DNA from: an uncultured bacterium
Lineage (GTDB): Bacteria; Bacillota; Clostridia; Oscillospirales; Ruminococcaceae
Length of the DNA: 64,000 bases
Assembly: GCA_905214345.1 (NCBI GenBank)
Contig: CAJMLV010000004.1
Coordinates: 28,168 to 92,167 of the forward strand
Direction of reading: 5' to 3'
The translations under genes and the position numbers were made by a program. Shown piece after piece: positions 1-9,634 of this stretch. How positions within the stretch are numbered: position 1 is the first letter of the stretch; each line of letters begins with the position of its first letter. The notes below the pieces were generated by a model. The model saw only the letters and a program-made list of their open reading frames with translations, made no database searches and was not told the origin of the DNA.

Positions 1-498
1 CTGGGGGATGCCCGCACGCTGGCCGAAACTCTGAACCGGGAATTTTCCGACCACCGGGACAATGCCAGCCCCTGGCGCTGGGCGTTTCTGGTGCTGGCGA
101 TTTTTCTGGCACTGGTTTTTGCCGTCAGCGGTCTGACAGCACGGCAGGAGGCGGCTTCCATCGGTATCATCGGCGGCGCCGACGGCCCCGCGGCCATCTA
201 TGTGGCCGATTCCTTCGGCGGGCTGGATACGCTGCACACCCTTTCCTGGCTGGCGGCCCTGGTGGGTGGATATTGGCTGCTGGGCCCGGCCAGGCGCGGT
301 TCCCGCAAACGCCTGCTGGTGCCCGTGATTCTGGAAGGCGTTTCCCTGGTGATTCAGCTGCTTTGGCTGGTGGTTCATATGGCCGGCATTGGAACGGGGG
401 TATTCCTGTACCTGTGGGGCAGTACGCTGGTCCGCAGCGGCATCTGGCTGTCGGTCGGGCTGCTTTGCTGGACGATCCATGATTGGCGCCGCCGGTAA
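1..498 (+). CDS. Integral membrane protein, C-terminal ~165 aa (5' end lies outside the window)
   Basis: Open frame runs from nt 1 to the TAA at 496-498. Hydrophobic helices and a GIIGGADGP motif are present. Family not recognised. Confidence 0.5.
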   Translation: MGDARTLAETLNREFSDHRDNASPWRWAFLVLAIFLALVFAVSGLTARQEAASIGIIGGADGPAAIYVADSFGGLDTLHTLSWLAALVGGYWLLGPARRGSRKRLLVPVILEGVSLVIQLLWLVVHMAGIGTGVFLYLWGSTLVRSGIWLSVGLLCWTIHDWRRR

Positions 499-553
499 AA
501 CGCAAAAACAGAAAACCCGTCCCGGAATATTTCCCGGGGCGGGTTTTGCCATA

Positions 554-1636
554 TCAGATCAATTCTTCCAGAATAGCGTTCTGTACCACCATTCCCGCAG
601 GGGTCAGGCGCAGGAAACGCCCGTCGAATTCGGCATATCCGTGGGTCACGCACTGGCGCAGAAAGGCAGTGCGCCGGGCATCCAGGGGGACACCGCCCCG
701 CGCTACATACTCCTGCCAGTCCAGTCCGCTGCACAGCCGCAGCTGCATGAGCAGAAAATCTTCGGCATCACAGACGCCCTCTTCTTCCTCTGTCAGAGTA
801 CCGGCAATAAAGGCGGCTGTGTCGCTGGGCCAGAACCGCCGCACCCCGCCCACACAGCTGTGGGCTGCGGGACCGATGCCCCGGTAATCCCGGCAGTTCC
901 AGTACAAAAGATTGTGGCGCCCTTCGTGACCGGGCCGTGCAAAGTTGCTGATCTCGTACTGGCGGTATCCGGCGGCTTCCAGTTGCTGTACCGCATACAG
1001 GTAAAAATCCGCAGCGGCATCCGGGTCGGGCAGATTTTCCGGGCGGCGCCGGGCAAAGGCGGTGCCCGGCTCGATCTTCAGAAGATAGGCCGAGATGTGG
1101 GTGCATCCGCCTTGCCGCAAAAGCTCCAGGGTGTCGTCAAATTCACTGTTGGTGTACCCGGGCAAGGCCAGCATGATGTCCCCGCACAGGTCGTCGAACC
1201 CGGCCTGCTTCGCCCAGGCAAGAGCACGGGCGGCCCCTTCTGCGGTGTGGGTACGGCCAAGTGTGCGCAGCTGGGTGTCGGAAGCACTCTGTACCCCGAA
1301 ACTCAGCCGGTTCACTCCGGCTTCCCGGAAATCTTCCAGCAATTCCGGGCTGACCACGTCGGGGTTGGCTTCCAGGGTGATCTCCGCCCCGGGCAGGGGA
1401 TTGGCTGCCTCAATCAGGCTGCGCACCTGAACGGGGGAGAGCAGCGCCGGGGTGCCCCCGCCGAAATACAGGGTGTCGGGCTGTCGTTCCTCCCTGCGCA
1501 GTTCCCGCAGCAGGGCGTCTACGTAGGGCTGTGGGACTTCTCTGGCGCCGGGGGCGGTATAAAAGTCGCAATACCGGCACCGGGCACGGCAAAAGGGGAT
1601 GTGCAGATACACCCCGAAACGGTCCTGGAACAACAT
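554..1636 (-). CDS. hemW: Radical SAM heme chaperone / oxygen-independent coproporphyrinogen-III oxidase-like protein HemW
   Basis: N-terminal CxxxCxYC radical-SAM motif (HIPFCRARCRYCDF) and HemN C-terminal domain. ATG at 1636 with RBS AAGAGGTG. Confidence 0.85.
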   Translation of the reverse strand: MLFQDRFGVYLHIPFCRARCRYCDFYTAPGAREVPQPYVDALLRELRREERQPDTLYFGGGTPALLSPVQVRSLIEAANPLPGAEITLEANPDVVSPELLEDFREAGVNRLSFGVQSASDTQLRTLGRTHTAEGAARALAWAKQAGFDDLCGDIMLALPGYTNSEFDDTLELLRQGGCTHISAYLLKIEPGTAFARRRPENLPDPDAAADFYLYAVQQLEAAGYRQYEISNFARPGHEGRHNLLYWNCRDYRGIGPAAHSCVGGVRRFWPSDTAAFIAGTLTEEEEGVCDAEDFLLMQLRLCSGLDWQEYVARGGVPLDARRTAFLRQCVTHGYAEFDGRFLRLTPAGMVVQNAILEELI

Positions 1637-1747
1637 TTTTCACCTCTTAACAAAAAAATGGCCAATGATTCATATATCGTTTACACATTTTCCAACAGAT
1701 AGAGTATATAATAGGGGTACGTAAAAAGAAAGGGGTCCTAGAGAACT

Positions 1748-2467
1748 ATGGACGAAAAATATTATAACATTTCGTATGCCGAAAGTCCCTTCGGCACCCT
1801 CAACCAATATATGACCCGCACCTTTGTGTGGATGTTTGCCGGTCTGCTGGTCACCTTTGCCGTAGGCATTGCCACCCTGTACAGCCCGCTGGTGTATATC
1901 CTGTTCAACAGTGGTCTGTACCTGGTGCTCTGCATCGCAGAGCTGGTCATGGTGGTGGTCCTGTCCGCCCGCATCGACAAGCTGCGCCCTTCCACTGCCA
2001 CCAGTTTGTTCTTCGGCTATGCGGTGCTCAACGGCATCAACCTCAGCATCATCTTTGCTGCCTACGCTTTCAGCACCCTGGTGCTGGCCTTCCTGGTAGG
2101 TGCGCTGTACTTCGGCATCATGGCCCTGTACGGCTCCCGCACCCAGAAGGATCTGAGTTCCTGGGGGCCGATGCTTTCCGGCGCGCTGATCACCCTCATT
2201 ATCGTGGGTCTGCTGGGCGGTCTGCTCATGATCTTCATGCCCGGCGCTTTCGGTATGTTTGACCTGATCCTGTGCGCTGTCAGCCTGGTGGTGTTCATGG
2301 CCTTTACCGCCTACGATGTGCAGAAGCTGAAATACTACTACTCCTACTTCGGCGGCGACGCTGCCATGCTGCACAAGTCCTCCATCATCGGTGCTCTCAG
2401 CCTGTATCTGGACTATATCAACATCTTCCTGTATGTGCTGCGCATTCTGGGCCGCCATCGCGATTGA
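1748..2467 (+). CDS. Bax inhibitor-1/YccA family membrane protein
   Basis: 239 aa with 7 predicted TM helices and a BI-1-like N-terminus (NQYMTRTFVWM). Confidence 0.6.
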   Translation: MDEKYYNISYAESPFGTLNQYMTRTFVWMFAGLLVTFAVGIATLYSPLVYILFNSGLYLVLCIAELVMVVVLSARIDKLRPSTATSLFFGYAVLNGINLSIIFAAYAFSTLVLAFLVGALYFGIMALYGSRTQKDLSSWGPMLSGALITLIIVGLLGGLLMIFMPGAFGMFDLILCAVSLVVFMAFTAYDVQKLKYYYSYFGGDAAMLHKSSIIGALSLYLDYINIFLYVLRILGRHRD

Positions 2468-2482
2468 TCTTTCCCACAAACC

Positions 2483-2518
2483 AAAAAAAGAGGACCCCCT
2501 CGGGGGTCCTCTTTTTGT
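2483..2518. terminator. Bidirectional rho-independent terminator
   Basis: AAGAGGACCCCC-tc-GGGGGTCCTCTT hairpin flanked by an A-run and a T-run. Sits between convergent genes. Confidence 0.8.
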
Positions 2519-2530
2519 ATGCCGTTATCT

Positions 2531-2743
2531 TCAGCCGCCGATCAGGAAGTCCAGCACGTCCCATCCGTCGCCGCCTACCTCGCGGTAGAGCTCGGTGTAG
2601 CCGCAGTTGCAGCAGCTTACGGTGGTGAATTTCTTGTTCTGCACGTCGAACAGCTTGGCAAAGTTGCCGCCGGTGGCCTGCAGACGGTCGGCGGCATATT
2701 CATGACAGCCGCATTTGGGGCAGATGTATTGACGTTGTTCCAT
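2531..2743 (-). CDS. Zinc-ribbon domain protein (two CxxC pairs)
   Basis: 70 aa with CPKCGC...CCNCGY. Strong RBS AGGAGG 9 nt upstream of the ATG at 2743. Confidence 0.7.
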   Translation of the reverse strand: MEQRQYICPKCGCHEYAADRLQATGGNFAKLFDVQNKKFTTVSCCNCGYTELYREVGGDGWDVLDFLIGG

Positions 2744-2761
2744 GGGATAGACCTCCTTCTC

Positions 2762-3580
2762 TCAGGGCAGATTCAGTTTTTTGGTGATCAGATACTGGGT
2801 CACTGCCCACAGAATAGCATCTGCGGCAGCAAAAAGCAAGAGGATGACACCGGCAATCCCCCAGGCGAATGCCGTTTGGTTCATGGCTGCTTCCAGGAAA
2901 AACCGGGCGAAGCCGTCCTGCACGGACTGGGGAAGATTGGCCACCAGAATAGCCCCCGCAACGAACAGGAACACAAGCGTCATCTGCAAAATAAAGCCCA
3001 GCACAAAATAGGTGGCTATGCTGGCCAGCATCCGCTGCTGAGGCCAGCGGGAGCCGATGGCCATGCACAGGTACAGATACAGGTACGCAGAAATCAGGGA
3101 AAGCACCATCAGCAGAACCAGGAATACCATGTTCATGGTATCCCGCAGGGAAAATTGGACCCAGAACGCCTGGGCTGCCTCCGTTTCACCGGCGGCATTG
3201 GCCATCCACACACAGCCCATGGCAATGAGAATGGAGGCAATGGTGGTGCCGCAGGCGCACAGCAGCTTGGCGGCTATGTGCTGCCAGGGGGTGGCGGGCA
3301 GGCTGAACATCAGGTAACCCTGGTCGCCCAGCAGTTTGTAGAACCGCTGAATGTTCAGAATCACGCAGGCGGCAATGGTAGCAAAGATAAACAGAGCGGT
3401 CAGAACCGTGAAAAAGTTTTCCAGCACAGAAGTGATGGGGATACCGGTTGCCCCGGCAAAGATGTCGTCCAGCCGGGTTATCACCGACGTCAGCAGGGAA
3501 AACACCGCCGTACCGGCCCAGATGGGCACCAGGATACGCCCCACGGCCATACATTCGTATTTCAAAAGTTTGTTCATCAT
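2762..3580 (-). CDS. ABC-2 type transporter permease (YtrC/D-like)
   Basis: Polytopic membrane protein immediately downstream of the ABC ATPase. Start chosen at the MMNKL ATG with RBS GAGGAA. The ORF-track start at 3595 has an RBS too close to the ATG. Confidence 0.65.
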   Translation of the reverse strand: MMNKLLKYECMAVGRILVPIWAGTAVFSLLTSVITRLDDIFAGATGIPITSVLENFFTVLTALFIFATIAACVILNIQRFYKLLGDQGYLMFSLPATPWQHIAAKLLCACGTTIASILIAMGCVWMANAAGETEAAQAFWVQFSLRDTMNMVFLVLLMVLSLISAYLYLYLCMAIGSRWPQQRMLASIATYFVLGFILQMTLVFLFVAGAILVANLPQSVQDGFARFFLEAAMNQTAFAWGIAGVILLLFAAADAILWAVTQYLITKKLNLP

Positions 3581-3606
3581 GGCAAAGTTCCTCATTTTCC
3601 TCTCGG

Positions 3607-4305
3607 TCAGACACGGAAGGTGTCGTGGAAATATTCATCCAGACTCATGCCGCTTTCTTCGCGCAGTTCATCCACACCCCGGTGCAGCAGCAGATGGCTG
3701 TCTTTCAGGATCAGCACTTCATCCAGCATCCGCTCCACATCCTCCACCAGATGAGTGGAGATCACCACGGCGGCGTCCTCGTTGTAGTTGCGCACGATGG
3801 TGTTCAGGATGTATTCCCGGGCCGCCGGGTCCACGCCGCCCAGGGGCTCGTCCAGCAGATACAGCCGGGCAGCGCGGCTCATGGCCAGGCAGAGCTGCAT
3901 CTTTTCCTGGGTACCTTTGCTCATGGCGCCGATGCGCTGGCGGGGGTCCAGTTTCAGGTCTGCCAGCATGGCCGAAGCTTTGGCGGTGTCGAAGTCGGCA
4001 AAGAACTCTCCGTACAGGCTGACCATATCGTCTACCTTCATCTCTGTCGGCAGGGACATACGGTCGGGCAGGTAGGAGGTAATGGTTTTGGTGGCAACAC
4101 CCGGTGTATGCCCGTCAATGAGCACACAGCCTGTGCTGGGGGTCAGCAGCCCGGCCGAAAGTTTCAGCAGGGTGGTTTTTCCACTGCCGTTGGGTCCCAG
4201 CAGCCCCACCAGCCGCCCGGGCAGAATCTCAAAGCTGACGTTTTCCAGGGCCGTTTTGCGGCCGTAGCTTTTGCCCAGCCCCTTGGCCTGATAGATTGCT
4301 TGCAT
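3607..4305 (-). CDS. ABC transporter ATP-binding protein (YtrB-like)
   Basis: Walker A GPNGSGKTT, signature and Walker B motifs. The ATG at 4305 overlaps the GntR stop (ATGA). The long N-terminal extension in the ORF track is the GntR gene read in another frame. Confidence 0.85.
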   Translation of the reverse strand: MQAIYQAKGLGKSYGRKTALENVSFEILPGRLVGLLGPNGSGKTTLLKLSAGLLTPSTGCVLIDGHTPGVATKTITSYLPDRMSLPTEMKVDDMVSLYGEFFADFDTAKASAMLADLKLDPRQRIGAMSKGTQEKMQLCLAMSRAARLYLLDEPLGGVDPAAREYILNTIVRNYNEDAAVVISTHLVEDVERMLDEVLILKDSHLLLHRGVDELREESGMSLDEYFHDTFRV

Positions 4306-4307
4306 CA

Positions 4308-4676
4308 CTCGTTCTCCTTTTCGGCGGCCGCGCGCAGCAGCGCGGCGGTTTCCTCGGCACTGACGCCCAGTGCCTGCATCTGGTTCCAGAATTCCTGTGC
4401 CAGGGCTTCGGCCCGCTGACGGCGCAGACCGTCCAGCTGTTCCGCTCCGGCGCATACGGTGCGTCCGGCGGTGCGCTGGGTTTTTAGCAGTCCGCGGTTC
4501 TCCAGTTCCTGCAATGCCCGCTGCATCGTGTTGGGGTTGACCCCCGCTTCGGCAGCCAGTTCCCGCACCGGCGGGACCCTGGCCCCGGCGGGCAGCGCCC
4601 CGGTCACAATGGCCAGTTCCAGCTGTTCGATCAGCTGCAGGTACACCGGGCGCCCGGGCGCGATGTTCCATTCCAT
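4308..4676 (-). CDS. GntR family (YtrA subfamily) transcriptional repressor
   Basis: 123 aa winged-HTH (PPVRELAAEAGVNPNTMQRAL). RBS AAGGAGGTG. First gene of a GntR-ABC-permease operon. Confidence 0.85.
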
Positions 4677-4690
4677 CGCGGCACCTCCTT

Positions 4691-4726
4691 TGTATTATTG
4701 TATTAACTATCTAATACAATAATACA
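4691..4726. promoter_or_regulatory. Putative YtrA-type operator (perfect 15-bp inverted repeat)
   Basis: TGTATTATTGTATTA-actatc-TAATACAATAATACA. Lies between the RBS and a minus-strand TTGACA/-10 promoter (about 4741-4746), overlapping the -10. Confidence 0.6.
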
Positions 4727-4811
4727 TCGTGCCCGAAAAATGTCAACCCCTTTGCAGAAAACATTTTTTGCGGTATCATAAACAGAAGACCGGATCAAGA
4801 GGGGGATAATC

Positions 4812-5489
4812 ATGCCGCACATTCTGATCATTGAAGATGATACCGACATCAACAACGCCGTGGCCGAATACCTCACGGCCCGCGGATGCCGCTGTACCCA
4901 GGCGTTTTCCGGCACCGAAGGCCGCTTGTACTGGAAGCAGGGCGGGGCAGACCTGATCATTGCAGACCTGATGCTTCCCGGTCTGACCGGGCAGCAGCTT
5001 CTGGCGGGCATCCGGGGCGAAGACCACAGCAGCGTGCCGGTCATTGTACTGTCCGCCCGTACTGCCTTGCAGGACAAAGTGGAACTGCTGGAACTGGGGG
5101 CCGATGACTATCTGACCAAGCCCTTCTCCTTGCAGGAACTCTGGCTGCGGGTGGGGGTGCAGCTTCGCCATGCGGGGGCTGCCGCGGCACAGCCTTCCCA
5201 TATACAATATAAGGACTGGTCCATCGACCCCGAGACCCGTACCCTGACGGTGAAGGGGGGGCCGGTAGCCCTGACCCTGCACGAATACGAGATCGTGGCC
5301 CTGCTGGCGGCCCGCCCCAAAAAGGTGTTTACCCGGCAGGAAATTTACGAATCCGTCTGGCAGGAACAGGCTTTTGTGGAGGACAAGACCATCAACGTGC
5401 ACATCTCCAACATCCGCGCCAAGCTGCGCCCAACCGGTACCGATGACTATATCAAAACGGTGTGGGGCATAGGGTTCCGGCTGGAATGA
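4812..5489 (+). CDS. OmpR-family response regulator (peptide-antibiotic resistance type)
   Basis: Receiver domain (IIEDD...DLMLP...KPF) plus winged-helix C-terminus. Confidence 0.85.
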   Translation: MPHILIIEDDTDINNAVAEYLTARGCRCTQAFSGTEGRLYWKQGGADLIIADLMLPGLTGQQLLAGIRGEDHSSVPVIVLSARTALQDKVELLELGADDYLTKPFSLQELWLRVGVQLRHAGAAAAQPSHIQYKDWSIDPETRTLTVKGGPVALTLHEYEIVALLAARPKKVFTRQEIYESVWQEQAFVEDKTINVHISNIRAKLRPTGTDDYIKTVWGIGFRLE

Positions 5490-5584
5490 TACGGGCAATC
5501 TTTATTCTTTCTTTATATTTCCTTTGCGATTGTTTGGTCTTTGCCCGGTAGAATAAAGCCATACCAAACAAAGGAGAGGATCAG

Positions 5585-6499
5585 ATGCAAACCGCCGTGC
5601 GAACCCTGGGCCTGTGCAAGTCCTACCGCGGCAAAGCCGCCGTGGATCATCTGGATATGCAGGTGCCGCAGGGCGAAATCTATGGTTTTATCGGTGCCAA
5701 TGGCGCCGGCAAATCCACCACCTTCAAACTGCTGGCAGGGCTGGCCAAACCCACTGCCGGGCAGATCGAAATTTTCGGCCAGCCTTCGGAACAGGGAACC
5801 TTCAGTCGCCGGGTGGGCATCCTCATTGAGGATGCCGGCCTGTACGGGTCACTGTCCGCCAGGGATAACTGCCTGCTGAAAGCCAAACTTCTGGGGCTGG
5901 ACGATGAAAAATCCGCCGTGGACCGGGTGCTGGCCCAGGTAGGCCTGGAAAAGATGGGCAAAAAGGCAGCCAAACGGTTTTCCATGGGGCAGCGCCGTCG
6001 TCTGGGGCTGGCGCTGGCCCTGCTGGGCGATCCGGACCTGCTGTTGTTGGATGAACCTTCCAACGGTCTGGACCCGGAAGGTATCCGGGACGTGCGGCTT
6101 CTGTTGCAGCAGCTGCAGGCCGAACGGGGTGTGACAGTTCTGGTCAGCAGCCACATTCTGGGCGAGCTGGAAAAATTCGCCACCTGTTACGGTATCATTC
6201 GGGACGGCCGCATGGTACAGCAGATCACGGCGGAGGCACTGTCCGCCCAATGCCGGGATTACATTGCCCTGCAGACCCCGGACCCTCACCGTGCGGCGGC
6301 TCTGCTGGAAGAAAAACTGCACCTGCACGACTATACCGTGCGCCCGGAAGGGGAGCTGCGCATCTATGACGCCGCCGACCCCGCCCGGATCAACGCCGCC
6401 TTGCTGGAAGGCGGCGCGGCGGTGCAGTCCATCGGTATCCACCGTCAGGAACTGGAAGATTACTTTTTGCAGATGATGGGGGTGGAAGATCATGTTTGA
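5585..6499 (+). CDS. ABC transporter ATP-binding protein (BcrA / lantibiotic-immunity like)
   Basis: Walker A GANGAGKST, LSGGQ-like signature and Walker B LLLLDEP motifs. Confidence 0.85.
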   Translation: MQTAVRTLGLCKSYRGKAAVDHLDMQVPQGEIYGFIGANGAGKSTTFKLLAGLAKPTAGQIEIFGQPSEQGTFSRRVGILIEDAGLYGSLSARDNCLLKAKLLGLDDEKSAVDRVLAQVGLEKMGKKAAKRFSMGQRRRLGLALALLGDPDLLLLDEPSNGLDPEGIRDVRLLLQQLQAERGVTVLVSSHILGELEKFATCYGIIRDGRMVQQITAEALSAQCRDYIALQTPDPHRAAALLEEKLHLHDYTVRPEGELRIYDAADPARINAALLEGGAAVQSIGIHRQELEDYFLQMMGVEDHV

Positions 6500-7301
6500 A
6501 GTGTTCCGGATGGACTGGTACCGCATGCGGCGGCAGAAGTATCTGCTGACTGCGGTGCTTTTGGGGTTGGGTATGATCGCCCTGGGATATGTTTTTTCGA
6601 CCCTGCTTTCCGACCAGGAAACAGTCAACGCCATGCAGGCACAAGGAGCGGAAATTACTGCCGAAGATATGGTCGACGCCGCCGTGTTCGCGGGTTATAC
6701 CCTGCTGGAGTATATGCATCAGATGCTGTTTGCGGGCGGTTTCTGGGTTTCGATGGTTGCTGTGTTCGGCGGCGTTTTTTGTGCCGAAGATTACACTTCA
6801 GGAGCCGTCAAAAACATCTTTTCCACGCTGGGGTGTCACTGGCCCTATGTGGTGGGACGTGCCCTGTGCCTGCTGGTCTATAATGCACTGCTCATGGCGG
6901 CCTACTTGCTGATCCCCCTGGCCTTGAGCCCGGTGCTGGTGTTTGGCTCGGTAGGTGGTAACCTTATGGGATGGTTGCAGATGTATCTGTCCGCTTGTTT
7001 GGCGGGCTGGGCTATGTCCATGTGCTCGATGTTTCTGTCCACCCTGGTTCGTCGGGAAGGCTGGATGGCGCTGGTCGCCCTGTGTGTGGGAACGGGATTG
7101 CCGGCATTGATGCTGGGATTTGCCTGCCAACTGCTGCACTTGCCGGATCTGACCCGGTTTACCATCTGTGGCTGCGGCCGGATGATCACCCCGGACTTCC
7201 AGCCTATGACGTATCTTCACATTGCGGCGGTATGCCTGGTCTGGGTGGTGGTGTACGGCCTGCTTACCGACCTGTCCCTGCGTAAACGGGACCAGGCGTG
7301 A
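6492..7301 (+). CDS. ABC-2 family permease
   Basis: Polytopic membrane protein. Start overlaps the ATPase stop (ATGTTTGA), indicating translational coupling. Confidence 0.7.
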   Translation: MFEVFRMDWYRMRRQKYLLTAVLLGLGMIALGYVFSTLLSDQETVNAMQAQGAEITAEDMVDAAVFAGYTLLEYMHQMLFAGGFWVSMVAVFGGVFCAEDYTSGAVKNIFSTLGCHWPYVVGRALCLLVYNALLMAAYLLIPLALSPVLVFGSVGGNLMGWLQMYLSACLAGWAMSMCSMFLSTLVRREGWMALVALCVGTGLPALMLGFACQLLHLPDLTRFTICGCGRMITPDFQPMTYLHIAAVCLVWVVVYGLLTDLSLRKRDQA

Positions 7302-7334
7302 TCAAATACTCCTGAACAGGGAAGAGGTGCTTTG

Positions 7335-8231
7335 ATGCTCATTGCCGTGATTCTGCTCTCCTGTGCCGTGGCGATGCTGGCGGTGCTTGTGCTGCGCCTG
7401 CTTTTGCAGTTTTCCGCCTGGGCTGATTGGTTGGAAAACACCCCGCCGGACTCCAACACCCGCCTGTCCGTGTCGGTACGGCTGAAACCGGTGGTGCGGG
7501 CGGCCCGGGCCATCAACGGCAGGCTGGACCAGACCCGGCAGCAGACACTGGACACCTGCAAGGCTGGACAGGAACTGCAGAACACCATGGCAGCCCTCAG
7601 TCACGATATCCGCACACCGCTGGCAGCCGCCTGCGGCCACCTGGAACTGCTGCGCACCGAATCTGACCCGGACGCCCGCGCCCGGCGGCTGGATACGGTG
7701 GAACAGCGCCTGCATGACCTGGAATCCCTGTTGGATGAGATGTTTCTGTATACCCGCCTCAATGCCGGGGAACAGATGCCCATGGACCTTCGCCCGGCGG
7801 TTTTGTGGCCTGCCCTGTGCGAGGTGCTGGCGGCCCTGTACCCCCAGCTGGAGGCAGCCGGCCTGGAACCCCGGTTGGAGTTTACGAATAAAAGCGCCGC
7901 CGTCCTGGCGGACCCCGACGCCCTGGACCGAGTGCTGCGCAACCTGGTGACCAATGCCGTCCAGCATGCAGCGGGCGGATTGACCATCACCCAGACGGCG
8001 GACGGCCTTGTGCTGGAAAATCAGGTGGCGGACCCTTCTGCCATCGACCCGGCTCATCTGTTTGACCGGTTCTGGCGGGCGGACAACGCCCGGCGCAGCG
8101 GCCGCGGCGGGGCGGGGCTGGGACTGGCCATTGTGCGGCAGCTGACCGAAGCGATGAACGGACAGGTGTATGCCGAACTGGAAGGCGATACCTTGCGTAT
8201 CCGCCTGCGTTTGCCGCCTGCCGCCCGTTGA
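7335..8231 (+). CDS. Sensor histidine kinase (intramembrane-sensing type)
   Basis: Short N-terminal TM region, HisKA H-box LSHDIRTPL, and an HATPase_c domain. RBS GAAGAGG. Confidence 0.85.
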   Translation: MLIAVILLSCAVAMLAVLVLRLLLQFSAWADWLENTPPDSNTRLSVSVRLKPVVRAARAINGRLDQTRQQTLDTCKAGQELQNTMAALSHDIRTPLAAACGHLELLRTESDPDARARRLDTVEQRLHDLESLLDEMFLYTRLNAGEQMPMDLRPAVLWPALCEVLAALYPQLEAAGLEPRLEFTNKSAAVLADPDALDRVLRNLVTNAVQHAAGGLTITQTADGLVLENQVADPSAIDPAHLFDRFWRADNARRSGRGGAGLGLAIVRQLTEAMNGQVYAELEGDTLRIRLRLPPAAR

Positions 8232-8362
8232 GCAAACCACTGTACGGCAGCAGTCTGTGCCTTTTGGCGCGGGCTGCTTTTTTGATGTATGGATACAGGC
8301 TGAACACTTTTTGGCAAAGTGTCATTTTGCATGCTTTTTCCCTATATTTATACAAAAATTGA

Positions 8363-8390
8363 TTGACAGCCCCCGGGAACACGGTATAAT
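8363..8390 (+). promoter_or_regulatory. Sigma-70 promoter upstream of potABCD
   Basis: TTGACA, 16-nt spacer, TATAAT. It is followed by a leader of about 190 nt. Confidence 0.6.
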
Positions 8391-8581
8391 GAAACTTGTG
8401 TTTTGCATCTATTGAACACAAAACAAGCGCTGTATGTGCCACTGCAGCCGCGGTCCGGACCAGCCGGGCATGACGGTGTAACAAACCTTTTGCGGGGTGG
8501 CGTCATGGGCGCTGACCGGTAGGTATCCGCATGGAGCCGGAGCCGCCGGCACAGATTCCGCAAAGGGGGATGCAGTATAAA

Positions 8582-9628
8582 ATGAATGAATCGCTCATCG
8601 TATCGCTCAAGGACATTGTTGTTGACTTCGACGGGGAAAGGATTCTGAACGGCCTTTCGCTGGACATTCACGACAAAGAGTTCGTCACCTTCCTCGGCCC
8701 TTCCGGCTGTGGCAAAACGACCACTCTGCGCGTGATTGCCGGTTTTATCACCCCGCAGTCCGGCAGTGTCCTTTTTGACGGCAAGGATATTACCGGTCTG
8801 CCGCCGTACAAGCGTCAGGTGAACACCGTCTTCCAGAAATATGCCCTGTTCCCGCACCTGAATGTGTTTGAGAACGTGGCTTTTGGCCTACGGCTGAAGA
8901 AGATGCCCGAAGAACAGCTGCGGCCCAAGGTCCTGGAAATGCTGGAGATCGTGGGTCTCAAGGGCTTTGAGCGCCGCAGTATCCATCAGCTTTCCGGCGG
9001 TCAGCAGCAGCGCGTGGCCATTGCCCGCAGCCTGGTCAACCAGCCCCGGGTCCTGCTGCTGGACGAACCTCTGGGCGCTCTGGACCTGAAACTGCGCAAG
9101 GAGATGCAGCTGGAACTCAAGCGCCTGCAGCGTGAACTGAACATCACCTTCGTGTATGTCACCCACGACCAGGAGGAAGCCCTGACCATGTCCGATACCG
9201 TGGTGGTCATGAACAAGGGCAATATCCAGCAGATCGGCAGCCCCCAGGACATCTACAACGAACCCCAGAATGCATTCATCGCCAACTTCATCGGTGATTC
9301 CAACATCGTGGACGGCATCATGGTCAAGGACTTCCTGGTCAGCTTCTGCGGCCATGACTTCTCCTGCGTGGACCGTGGCTTTGCCTACAATGAACCGGTG
9401 CAGGTGGTGGTCCGCCCGGAGGACGTGGCCATTGTGCCGCCGTCCACCGGCATGCTCACCGGCCTGGTGCGGGATGTGATCTTCAAGGGCGTGCATTTCG
9501 AGATGCATGTGGATGTGGAAGGCAAGGAATGGCTGATCCACTCCACCCAGGCCAGCCAGCCCGGCGAGATCATCGGTATGAACATCGGCCCGGACGAGAT
9601 CCACATCATGTCGCGGGAAGGGGTGTGA
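8582..9628 (+). CDS. potA: Spermidine/putrescine ABC transporter ATP-binding protein PotA
   Basis: Walker [18 protein letters not shown] signature, and a C-terminal TOBE domain. Start chosen at MNESL with RBS GGGGGA. Confidence 0.85.
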   Translation: MNESLIVSLKDIVVDFDGERILNGLSLDIHDKEFVTFLGPSGCGKTTTLRVIAGFITPQSGSVLFDGKDITGLPPYKRQVNTVFQKYALFPHLNVFENVAFGLRLKKMPEEQLRPKVLEMLEIVGLKGFERRSIHQLSGGQQQRVAIARSLVNQPRVLLLDEPLGALDLKLRKEMQLELKRLQRELNITFVYVTHDQEEALTMSDTVVVMNKGNIQQIGSPQDIYNEPQNAFIANFIGDSNIVDGIMVKDFLVSFCGHDFSCVDRGFAYNEPVQVVVRPEDVAIVPPSTGMLTGLVRDVIFKGVHFEMHVDVEGKEWLIHSTQASQPGEIIGMNIGPDEIHIMSREGV

Positions 9629-9634
9629 CGCCGC

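Noticed and set aside
91-498. Assignment of the first partial ORF to Na+-translocating decarboxylase beta subunit on the basis of the GIIGGADGP motif
   Set aside because: Motif resemblance only. Too little of the protein remains after the motif (about 110 aa) to fit that family. Left as an unassigned membrane protein.
2519-3754. 411-aa plus-strand ORF
   Set aside because: It overlaps the zinc-ribbon gene and the ABC permease on the opposite strand. It runs across a terminator hairpin and has no RBS.
4306-4671. 122-codon N-terminal extension of the YtrB-like ATPase
   Set aside because: This region encodes the GntR regulator in another frame. The ATPase begins at the ATG overlapping the GntR stop.
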